Assembly (NCBI GenBank): GCA_046563655.1
Contig: CM102290.1
Coordinates: 6,634,001 to 6,698,000 of the forward strand
Reading direction: 5' to 3'
Source of the DNA: Yuukianura sp. NJ FZ-2021
Taxonomy: Eukaryota
Length of the DNA stretch: 64,000 nt
Below are positions 53,268 through 64,000 of the stretch, piece after piece. Under the pieces are notes generated by a model. That model worked only from the letters and a program-made list of their open reading frames with translations. It was not told where the DNA came from and did not search any database. Numbering within the stretch: position 1 is the stretch's first letter; each line of letters starts with the position of its first letter. The position numbers and the translations under genes were made by a program.

Positions 53268-53573
53268 AATGGCATCCGGAAAGGTAAGCTACACATAAAC
53301 TTTAGAACTAATGCTGAAACACAGTGGCAACTACGGGGGGAAGTATGTTGCACGACTTTCCATAACCTATGGGCAGCCGAGATATCGGCTATTCTGACGA
53401 ATAGACCTGCAGTTATGTCAAAAAATTCCTTTAGTAACCTATGTACGGAGAGGTTAAAAATACCACTTAACACTTAAGATTTTCAATGTAGCTTTAACCC
53501 AAAATTTAAAGTTATGAATAAATGAATGAATTTGTGAATTTAGCATTATTTACACAAGTTCCCTAGACTTACG

Positions 53574-56500
53574 CTACTCTGGGTCTAGTAGCTTGACGAT
53601 TTTCACAATTGGACGCAGAAACACAGGATCCTTAACTTTGGATTGACCCTTCTTGTCGATTTCTGTCGTCTTGTAAGTTACTTCCACAGAACGAACCAAA
53701 TTGTGTTGTCCAGGGAATGTTTTGGTAACTCTGGCGAGTTTCCACTTCAGCGGTGGAGTATCGTCGTCTTTGATTAGGACGAGATCACCAGTTTTTACAT
53801 TTTCGGATTCGTTTCGCCATTTGTTACGCTGCTGGAGTAGATTCAAGTATTCTTTTTTCTAGCGATTCCAGAAATGTTCCGACATCTGTTGGACTCGTTG
53901 CCATCTCGACAGTCGGTTCTCTTTGATTTCAGCCAAACTGGGCTCAGGAATGGCGAGTAGTGACCTCCCAATGAGAAAGTGTCCTGGAGTCAGCGCTTCA
54001 ACGTCATCTGGGTCCCGAGATTTTGCACAAATTGGCCGTGAGTTGAGTCCTGCCTCCACCATTGTCAGGAGCGTATGGAATTCTTCCAGCGTCAATGTCG
54101 TGCTTCTAACCACTCTCCTGAGGTGGTACTTTGCCGATTTGACTCCTGATTCCCATAGTCCACCCATGTGTGGAGCATCAGGAGGAATGAATTTCCACTT
54201 TATACCTGAAATGCACAAAAAATCAGAAATTTTAGTGTCATGTAAAATCTTTTGCCATTCTGCTATTTCATTAGCTGCGCCCACAAAATTTTTGCCATTA
54301 TCAGAATGGATTACCGACACAAGCCCTCTCGTGGAAATAAATCTTTTCAAAGTCGCCATGAACGCTGCCGTGGTCAAGTCTGTCACGGGTTCCAAATGGA
54401 TTGCCCGTGTCGCAAAACAGACAAATACACAAAAATAGGCATCAAACTGCCTTTTACCACGCCCATACTTTTCCTGGAGCTTAATTGGGCCTGCGTAGTC
54501 GACTCCACAGTTTGTAAATGGCGGAGAAGGTCTCTGGACTCTCGCCTTTGGTAGTGCTCCCATCAATTGTTCACTGACTCTGGCTCGAAGTCTTTTACAC
54601 TTAAGGCAGTCTCTGACCACCTGTCGAATTGTGACTCGTGCTTTCACAATCCAGAACCTTTTGGCAAAGTTAGCCCACAACAGCTGATAATTGGCATGTA
54701 AATAAAATTGGTGGTAGTACCTTACCATGATTTTGGTGAAATGATTATGACCTGATAGTATGATGGGGTGGCATTGGTCACTTGGTAGGTCTGACTTTTG
54801 GAGTTTACCTCCAACACGCATGACTCCATGACTGTCCAGGAATGGATTTAGTGATTCCAGTGCACTTCCCTTGTCCACTCGATTATTCCTCTTTAAGGCC
54901 ATTATGTCATCATTGTAGTCGTCTTCTTGCGCTACTTTGATGCAGATGAGGAGGGCTCTGTCCGTTTCTTCAACTGATAGATCACCAGTAAGCCTCTCCC
55001 CCTGTTTCAAATTCCTGCAATTGGAAACAAAACGCATGGCGTACGCTACCGCACGGTTAAGCCTCATGAAATTTGAAAAACGATTAATCATTTCACGATC
55101 AATTATGGCCAGATTCACCATTACCTTTCGTAATTCCAGGAGTTCAGAGTGGTCACTTACTTTACCCACTGACTCAAATACTGGCAAATTTGCATTTTTT
55201 AACCACTCTGGGCCACACCACTACAATTTTGAACTTACGAGTTCCTCAGCAGGAATTCCGCGAGTTCCAAGGTCAGCTGAATTGTCCACTCCAGGAACGA
55301 AATTCCACGAACTGACTGGAAGTACCCCTTGGATTTCTGAAACACGATTAGCCACAAATGTTACGAACTTACGAGATGTGTTCCGTAGCCACTTCAAAAC
55401 TGTTTCACTGTCGGTCCATGTCAGGATAGGACAGTGCAGCCGTGTTGCTTCCAGCACTTTCGGAATTAGTTTGAACAGAAGTAAAGCTCCGCAAAGTTCA
55501 AGTCTGGGTAGACTGATCTGCTTCATCGGAGCCACTTTCGTCTTTGAAGCAACAATGTTAGTAGTGACTCCACCATTCCTCTGAATTGATCGAATGTACA
55601 CTACCGCACAGTACGCAACTTCCGATGCGTCACAAAATCCATGAATTTGGACAATTTCCTGAAAACCAGAGAATAAAAACCTGGGAATGGTTAGACTTTT
55701 TATGTCATGGACACTTTTGACATAATCATGCCATTGTCCAGTCAGGTCAGGAGGAATCTCGTCATCCCATGAGAGAATTCCATTTTCTTTTCCTTGAACT
55801 GGTGACCACAAGACCTGAAAGTAAACTTTGATTTTAACAGTTAGGGGGGACAGAAAACCAAGTGGGTCAAAAACTTTGGACATAGTGGACAAGACCGTCC
55901 TTTTTGTGACCACACCCACTGGCTTTGGAGTGTAACCTTTGAAATGAAAGTAGTCACCTCCACTGTCCCAACACACACCTAAAACCCTGTCAAAGTCAGC
56001 ATCACAAGTAATCACTTCATTTTTACCTCGGTTTACCTTAGGAATGGACTTTAGAACCTCTTTGGAATTCGAGTCCCACTTGGTAATTTGAATGCAACCA
56101 AGACGTAAAAGTCCTTCTAGTTCTGTCACGAGTTGGTTGGCCTCTTGGACACTGTTGGCTCCTCCCATCAAGTCGTCCACGTAAAAGCTTGACTTTAACA
56201 CCTCAGCAGCCTTTGGAAATTTGCTCTTTTCGTCTTCGGCTAATCGCTGGAGGCATCTGACGGCGTGAAATAGGGCGGAGCTTGTGCCGTATGTCACCGT
56301 TTGAAGTTCGAATTCACCAATTTCATCAGTTGGTGTTGCACGCCAGAGAATCCGTTGTTTCTTCTGGTCATTTTTGTCCACGAGGAATTGACGGTACATT
56401 TTGACAATGTCCGCCTTAAGTGCAATTTGATTGGTCCTGAAAAACAACAAATGAGAAAAAATATCAGGTTGGATAGTCGGACCAATTAACAAACACTCAT

Positions 56501-58809
56501 TCAAAGACACATTATAAGACGTTTTGGCAGATCCATCAAAAACCACCCGAAGCTTGGTAGTGGTACTTGTGTCTTTTAACACAAAGTGGTGGGGCAAGTA
56601 GTTCGTCACTCCAATGACCTCACCCTCCTCCGACTTGGTCACTCGACTCATGTGGCCAAGTTCCTCGTATTTTGACATAAATTGGAGATACTCGTCGTTG
56701 TACTGAGGAAACTTTTGCAAACGTTTTTCGATTCCCATTAATCGACTTACGGCCATGTCCCGTGACGAGCCCAATTTGTCACAATCGGTTATGAATGGTA
56801 ATTTTACCACATACCTACCACTCTTAGTTCTGGAGTGGTTTGACACAAAATGTTGTTCTGCCAGTGCGTCCTCCTTAGTGTACACTGGTCGGATTGGGAC
56901 ACTCTCAAGTTCCCAAAATTTTTTGACATATGACACACACAGAAGTAGAGAAATTCACACTTACGTTTTTTGTTGAACTCACCGGGCCAGATATGACCCA
57001 CCCAAATTCAGTTTCCTCAGCGATGGGAAGATTTAGGCTACTTTAGGCTAACCTTCTTTCCAGTCTTCAATCTGGCCACAAATTCACTGCCAAGTAGAAT
57101 GTCCATATCACTGGGCTGAAGATAGGCAGGATCTGCCAATTCCAAATTCTTCACATGTGGCCAATCAGTGTTTTTGACAATGAACGAAGGCAGAGAACCT
57201 GTAACTTTGTTCAAAACTAGAGCACACACATTAAGTTCAAAATTATTAATTCTAGATTTGACACAAAAGTTGGTTTCCCCCAACGCTCTTTCGACCTGGG
57301 TTCCTGAAATGCCTGTAATTGTCACATTAGCACGTGTTTTTTAAGACCCAATTTTTTGACACACGACATTGAGATAAAGTTGGACTCTGAACCTAGGTCC
57401 AACAACACACGACAGTTTTGGTAATCACCAAATGAGTCCATGACACTCACCACAGCGGTAGCCAAAATCACACGAGTACTAGAACAGTACAGTGCTGTGG
57501 TTGAAGTGGTTGGTTCCTCCTCCTTTGTATCCACGGCTGGGGGTTTGGGTTTTTTCTCATAGTGGAGCAGTGTATTATGTCGTTTTTGACATTTTGCACA
57601 TTTAAATTTTGACATACACTTGCTCTCACCATGGCTACCCCTGAGACAACAGAAACATAAATTTTTAGACTTTACAAATTTCTCACGTTCGTCGACTGCC
57701 ATGGAGTTGAACTGTTCACATTTGAATAGTGAATGTTCTCCAACACATTTTTGACATGCGACTTTCGTGGATGTTTGATGCGACTTTTTCTCAGTGGGTT
57801 TGTCAGCAGTCTTTTTCCCACTGTGAGTCGATTTTTCTGAGCCGACTTTCAACCCACGAAGGTGATCTTCTAGAAAGTCCTTGACCTCGCTAAATTTTGG
57901 CATCTGTGTACCTTTAAAATGGCGGGTCCACTCACGTTTTGTTTCACTCGAAACTTTCTCTAAAATCAAAAAAATTAGAAAAGAGTCCCACTTGTCCACA
58001 GGCTCCTTCAACACCTGAAGTGACATGATGGACTGATTAAAAACATCAAGCAACTTCCGTAGTGCTTGTGCGGACTCATTAGCAATTGGTTTGAAATTCA
58101 CAATGTTTTTTAAGAACGAAAGAATGATTTGACGCGGATTCTCATACCGCTCTTTGAGGCTGTCCTATGCCTCCTCAAAAGGCCAATTTGTCAAATCGAA
58201 GTACTTGAGTGCCTCCTCAGCCTCACCCTTCAGCGTAGGCTGGAGATACCCCAATTTCTGACTTCCGGTCAAGTCAGGATTATTGACAATGTACGTCATG
58301 ATTAAGTCCTTGTAGGAAAGCCAGTCTTCGTATTTGCCATTAAAAGTTGGAAATTCCAGCTTCGGCATGTTCACTTTCATTTTTCCTGATGTTGAACCTC
58401 CAATAACCTGGGACTCAAAAGAGATCAATTTTAGATTAATTGCATCTAAAAACTTGTCACACACATTCAATTCCGCAGCCTGCGCGCGTATTTGCGTATC
58501 GTCGTCGCAGTTCATATAGACCTCGCTGCGCAAGTCACTTAGTTTCGATTCGAAACTTTCAAGTTTCTTACGTTCCATAGCCATCCTGGACTTGGACACA
58601 AGTGCTGGAGTAGGCGAGTACTCCTCAACTTTCTGCTGAAAATATTGAAGGTCAATGTTAAACCCCCTGATGGCTTTTACCATTCTTTGTAAGTTTTCAG
58701 ACTCCACCACAGGCAATGACACGCTGAGCGTAGATTTGGTGCCAGCCGGCTTGACCTGACCTTGACCTTTTGCTGCAGCCGCCTTACTCTCTTGTTCTTG
58801 GTCAGACAT
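53574..58809 (-). pseudogene. Decayed gag-pol of the outer BEL element
   Basis: Five collinear ORF pieces with gag fingers, LLDLGSE, FYVDD, FCDAS, GVDYAGP and GGLWE, separated by stops and frameshifts. Confidence 0.92.
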
Positions 58810-59571
58810 TGCTAAAGACACCGCTTTAGCTCTCCTTCTGGTCAACAGTTTGTCAACTTTGATTAAATTTACTCAAAAAGAGCTACACACGATAAGTTAG
58901 ACAATTACTGTTGCATGTACACACATGTCATGACCAAAGATTCAAGAATACACAAAGTACACGATTACACAATTCATTATAGCACAATGATTAAATCATC
59001 ACCACATTTGTTCAATTTGACCCTTTGAACTCACCCAAGTTAACTGCTACGTAGTTAACGATTACCAATTATCCGCAAACTTCATCCTTTGATGATCAGT
59101 TGGTTCGTTGTCTTGTCGACGCAACCGTCTTTCGGCACCATGAAGTGAATTCGATGGTAGGCGGTGATTGTTTTTTTTTGTATTTTATTATAAAAGAAGT
59201 TATACTTTAAAATATTTACAATTTATTTATTAATATTTTAAATATTTTTCTTAATTGGATATACTTATATCTAACACGCTTTTCGACAATTTGAAATTGG
59301 CGCTTCCCTATTGAGAAGCGTCTCAAATGCCAAAACATCAGCTGAGTGCTTCATGACATCGTTATTATACTGTCGACTACCATCTCCTACTAACGACTTG
59401 TTTAAATTGCGAAGTTAATTGGTTGACATCGTCGAATAGGTAAGTTGAACAGAATTTGTCACCAACCGACTATCGACTAATGTAATGTAACGGTATTAAT
59501 ACGCCCTTGCTTTGTTTACTTTGCCTAAATGTTTCGTTCTCGCAAACAGCAGTAGTGAATTTGCCATTGCA

Positions 59572-60050
59572 ATGGCTCCCGTTGTGGGAATTCTTCGAGT
59601 GGTGTCCAAGACCAACCTGGACGATGCTCTCGGAGTCTGGAGAGATAACAAAATCCTAGTAATTATCGAGTCCAAGCTCACGCCAACGTTGGATTTAATT
59701 GCTAATTATCAATTCGTGAGGTAAATTTTGCTTCTTGTTGTTCCAGTTCGTCATGAAATACAAAATAGCGGTGATTATAATCAACTTTTTTTTTCTCAGA
59801 GATCATGGAGTGGTGAAAGTACTTTATCTGGAAGCAGCCGAAGTCGCGCAGCCAACCCAAGATTGCACACAGGCTCTTTACTTCATTCGATCCAGTCTTG
59901 TCAGTGCCAAGTTGGTTTGCGATCAGATTAACAGCAACAATTGCAAATTGAAACCGGGAGCAATGACGTACGGCGTTGTTGTGATTCCTCGAAAACTGCA
60001 CATAATCACTTGAAGCGGAAGGAGTCTACGGATTAATCAAACTGGAGCAT
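59572..60050 (+). pseudogene. VPS33B: N-terminal fragment of a VPS33 (Sec1/Munc18 family; VPS33B-like) gene
   Basis: LDLIANYQFVRDHGVVKVLYLE, YFIRSSL...CDQIN, VIPRK, LEAEGVYG. Intron at ~59721-59798. Rest of gene absent. Confidence 0.72.
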
Positions 60051-60629
60051 CAAACCGTTTCATCGCATTACAATTCTAACTCTGGTCAGTGCACTTCAAG
60101 TAATTGTCGTGGAGTGTCCTACGGCAATGGTCTTCAATGGAAATAACTTCTCTGCTCCTAGATCACCCCACTACGATTCCAGTGAAAATACTAGAACTTC
60201 TCTTGCTCCAGGAAGTCCACTGGTTCTTATAGCCGTGTCACCCTCGGCGCTTCCAATGCCTCCGAGAGCTAACAATCCAATTATACGTCTAGAACTGCGC
60301 TCAATTGAAGAACAAATTCGATTACGAAGTAGAGCCGTAGAGGCTAAATGGGCTTGTGAAGAGTGTCAACAATCGTCAGCTGGTGAGGTCAAGATTTTGA
60401 AATATTCATAAAAAGAAAAACCATGGTTGCTTTGATTTAAAGCAAGATGATTCAGATGATTCAGTCATTGATTAAATGAATTGATTTAATGACTAATAAT
60501 TCGTACAATTTTTTGTGAAAACTCCGTATTTTATCGTTTTTAATTTATTTTTAAAAATCAGCAACCCTGATTACTGATAATAAAAACCAAATTCCAAATT
60601 TTTTGATATTTTTGATTTTTTCCTTCAGG

Positions 60630-62090
60630 ACCAACTTTACAAAAAGTTTTAGCAGCACTGGAAGCACTTGACCTCTACTCGTTCGACAAAGTAGAAAATT
60701 CCGATTGCATCGAAACTTTTTGTACCGAAGTATATTCGCAAGTATCGCAAGTACTCCGATGTGTAGAGAAAATCCAGCAGAAAACGACGCTCCAATTGTA
60801 CTTTTACTTTGTCAATGGGCCGTGGGACTTCAGCGATCTGGAGACTATCGAGCCCTTGTAGTTGCACGACTACTGGAACATCGACAGCATTTAGTCACGT
60901 CAGTACATGACCAAGGAGGAGGAGCAAGTAATGGATCCAATGGATAGCAAAAAAGCAACAATACAGAAAATAGTAAGAATGAGAGCACATCGGGAGATGA
61001 AGTGACGACAAACGGGACAGATACGAATAGCGGAAGCGAGTCACAAGGAGCCAATGGAATTGCGGAAGGAAACTCAGGAAATACGAATTCTAATGCAAAT
61101 GACACAGCAGATGATGATGAGAGTGAAGGCTACATGGGTCTTCCGATTTATCATAATTTGTTGTTCAAGTACTTGGACACCGATGCTCCAACATTGGGTA
61201 AGAAATTTGAAACTTCAAGTTCAAAATCTCAGAAATCGAAGATTTCTTGTTACTATTTTTTTGAAAATATTCCAGATAATACGACTATCAGCAGCAAAGT
61301 CAAATTTTCATCGCTCGTCAACCTATTTGCGGCTATAATATTTGCGGACATGAAATCTTTTCACACGATACTCAGTGTACATCGGTTGCTTGTGGAGACT
61401 TGTCCGCATTTCCACCACCTCCACTTCCACCTTCCGGACAATCCGGAATGGCCCAAGTGCAGTCAGTAGCAACTCCTGGACAAGGTCTATGGTCCCATGC
61501 TGGTCCAATGACTCCTGCTTCTACATCGTCAACTGTAACTCCAGGAGCCACTCCTCATCACGATCTCATGGACGATGGAAATAATAGCATGCGTGGAGGT
61601 GGTCCACTTTTTCAGCCACTCCCACGACTCCACGAAACTCTTCATCGTCACCAAGACTATGACGATCGAATGGACAACATTGACGACGATCTGGACAGAA
61701 TCCTTTGTCATATCACTCAAGAACAACAAGAAAACATGGATCAGATTGATTCACCCAAGGAAGAAAATGTTCCAGGATTCTCTGGAATACAATCTAGTAG
61801 TCATCAACCTCCCAGTAGCAACTCGAATAGTCAGTCAGACTCAATTGGACGCGAGTTTTTAGGACGCAGTAGCTGCTTACCAACAGTTGAACATATCACG
61901 TTTCTCACTGAATTGATGGAAGCTGGACTCAATGTCATGGGAATTATCCAAACTACTGTACATATTTACGAGAACTTCCGGAAGTTGAAGCTCAGTTGAT
62001 CCTAAGAGGAAGTCCTATTACTGGATCATACATCACTTCACTTCAGATGCAAGTTGTTGCAATTTTAAGAAGATATCACTCCTCACTTTT
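60630..62090 (+). pseudogene. MED12: Internal fragment of Mediator subunit 12 (kohtalo)
   Basis: LEALDLYSFDKV, LLCQWAV..QRSGDYRALVVARLLEHRQ, GLPIYHNLLFKYLDTDAP, HEIFSHD, IDDDLDRIL, LPTVEHITFL.ELME, ELPEVEAQL. Intron at ~61198-61274, frameshifts and an internal deletion. Confidence 0.88.
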
Positions 62091-62199
62091 GTGTAAGACA
62101 AAATTCAAAAACATCAGAATTTCAAAAAAATAATGATTTATTTATGACTTCTGACTGATGATTTCTTGGGCTGAGTTACTCTCACAATGTCCTTGGATG

Positions 62200-62525
62200 T
62201 GAATCGGATGTGTTTTCTACATTTCGGAGTTTACTGGTGAACGAACTAGTGCCGGCAGTGCTCCAGCTGAGCACAAACCTCACTCCGTCGAAACGGCTCA
62301 TCTTGCTGCTCATTCAGTGCATCGAGTACTTTGCCATGACCGTGGATCCACAACTGGCTGGACGAAGTGGGGATTTCTTAGAGCTAACAGCCAAGAGGTA
62401 CTTACTTGTTACTTGCCTACCTTACTTTTTTGATTAGTGATTGACATTTCAACAACGTTGTACTCTTGTACTTGTTATTAGGTGGGACAAGCTGTTTGGA
62501 ATCGTGGATCAGATTGAATTTGTTG
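62200..62525 (+). pseudogene. Short two-exon gene fragment, possibly Integrator subunit 10
   Basis: FRSLLVNELVP...LLIQCIEYF...WDKLF resembles recalled INTS10 FRKLFVCDVLP...AEFY...WERLF. Intron at ~62398-62481. Confidence 0.4.
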
Positions 62526-62657
62526 ACGCGAATAATTCTGCGGAAGTTGTGATACGTTTGAGTCAACTTGGTACAAACTTAACTTTCTGAAGGTAACGTC
62601 TTCCCAATCCTGTGAGTTTTAGCGTCTTTGTCAAGCATTTTCGATTAACTAGCCATC

Positions 62658-63918
62658 ATGGCGCCGAAGAAAAAGGCAACTTCCAAAGCCAAAGCTGAGC
62701 CTGCCCTGAAGGTTGCAAGACTTGACGAATCAGAACGTAATTCGTAGAATTATTTATTTTTTAACACAATTAATATATATTTTCTGATATATATCATATT
62801 TATTCAATAGCAAACGAAAATAGTGACGTAATGAGTAATCATGCGCAAAGTACTGCTGATGTGAGTGACTGCATCGAATCCAGTGAACAAACGGCAGCGG
62901 GTACCCTCAGAACGGCAGCGGGTACCCTCAGGTATTGGAAACATAGGATTAAAATATTTTATAGAACTATAACCAATAGTTTGTGTTTGTTTAGCCGATC
63001 AACTTGTGACAATGGAGAGTGAACCCACGCCAGGTCCAAGCGGTACACAAGTATTGATGTCGCCGTTTCAGCAATGGAAGAACCAGATTGGAAAAAATCA
63101 AATGAAATCAAGTGAGGACTATTCGGAATTTCCTGTGATCGATGTGAAACAGCTGAACCCTAACATCCCGGTTACATCTCGAGTAATCGAAGTCGTCGTG
63201 CTGAAAGTTGCACGACCAATGGCAGACGGAAACGGAGGCCAACTGCAGCATTTTGTTTTTGGTGACGAGTCCGGGGAGATCCAGTTCACGTTATTCGGAG
63301 GAATGAAACCACAATGGGAGTCCCTGCTTCAGGTATGCATAACGTATTATTTCTTGAACCATAATTTTAAAATATATTAGAAGTTATCAAATAAACTGTT
63401 TCAGGTCAACTCTTTTGTTCGAGTAGAAGGCTTTCTTCTTCGGCCAAAGGATAATCGAAACAAATGGACGAATGCATCATTTGATGCAAGCAGTACTGAC
63501 GCCACCTCTATTACCGAGCCCAAAGGGGAGAGGCATGAAGTAAAACTAACTCCGATCGACTCAGAAGATCTCAAGTTGATGTCGGATGGTCGGATTCGTG
63601 GACACGGCTGGACTCGTAATTGATGTCGGTGAGATTCGTGAGTTTCCTACATGCAAGCTTCGACAAATCACTCTGGTGGACAAGACGGGAAAATTCAATG
63701 CCAAGTTGTGGAACCACTTGGTGGAAATGGAGGAAATCATCCCCTTTGAGGTGATTCTGTTCAAACTGGTGAAGATCTCAAGTTACAACGGCGTCAACTC
63801 AATTGAATGTAACCCCGGGGATTTGATCTTAGTGGGAAAAGATCATAGCATGGCCAAGCATTTGTTAGAGTGGTTCGAAGCCGCGGAGGCAGATACGCTG
63901 AATCGACTATTTCAATAG
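62658..63918 (+). pseudogene. RPA70-like tandem OB-fold ssDNA-binding protein gene (4 exons, frameshifted)
   Basis: FGDESGEIQFTLF, VDTAGLVIDVG, RQITLVDKTG...KLW, FKLVKISSYNG, LLEWF correspond to RPA1 DBD-A/B only. Basic N-terminus. Frameshifts at ~62885 and ~63590. Confidence 0.8.
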
Positions 63919-64000
63919 TGAAAATATGAATCAATTCTCATACAAAGTGATCAATTTACAAGAACGAAACTAATTAAAAAAAATAAATAAGACAAAAGTG

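Larger units (their letters stand above)
41817..53453 (+). mobile_element. piggyBac transposon inserted in the 3' region of the outer BEL
   Basis: Transposase present. Right end ...GTACGGAGAGG|TTAA. Left end is only approximate (TTAA-rich site with ATAGGT..AAGG similarity; terminal bases not found). Confidence 0.65.
40645..59337 (-). mobile_element. Older BEL/Pao element expanded to 18.7 kb by nested insertions
   Basis: LTRs 40645-40923 and 59141-59337 (the latter internally deleted). TSD TCAGC, tRNA-Phe-type PBS TGGTGCCGAAA, PPT GGAGGGCGG. Confidence 0.92.

Noticed and set aside
60100..60390. CPTAMVFN (chitin-binding-like) and WACEEC (PHD-like) snippets as further captured genes
   Set aside because: Too short to assign without a search.

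Overview
Eukaryotic DNA with short GT-AG introns, probably from an invertebrate (arthropod-like genes; the taxon is an inference). The window is transposon-dense and heterochromatin-like, and every recognisable host gene is disabled: a coiled-coil gene, an SLC22 transporter and PCYT2. Mobile elements: a MITE; a Sola2-like foldback carrying a solo LTR; Helentron-associated (HINE/DINE-1-like) elements, including a six-unit 6.6-kb tandem array; a full-length L1/Tx1-like LINE split by an intact BEL/Pao element; a CACTA/EnSpm derivative; and an 18.7-kb nest in which a BEL element contains a piggyBac, which contains a second BEL and a hAT MITE. Three observations stand out. (1) A type III hammerhead ribozyme fold lies in the sense-strand 3' arm of the piggyBac, directly after a ~140-nt templated A-rich tract. 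(2) Two intronless fungal-type gene fragments are present: a class I photolyase, and a HUT1 UDP-galactose transporter bracketed by an 11-bp direct repeat. (3) A co-oriented train of intron-containing host gene fragments (VPS33B, MED12, possibly INTS10) ends in an RPA70-like OB-fold gene, as expected for Helitron-type gene capture. Protein family calls come from recalled motifs, not database searches.
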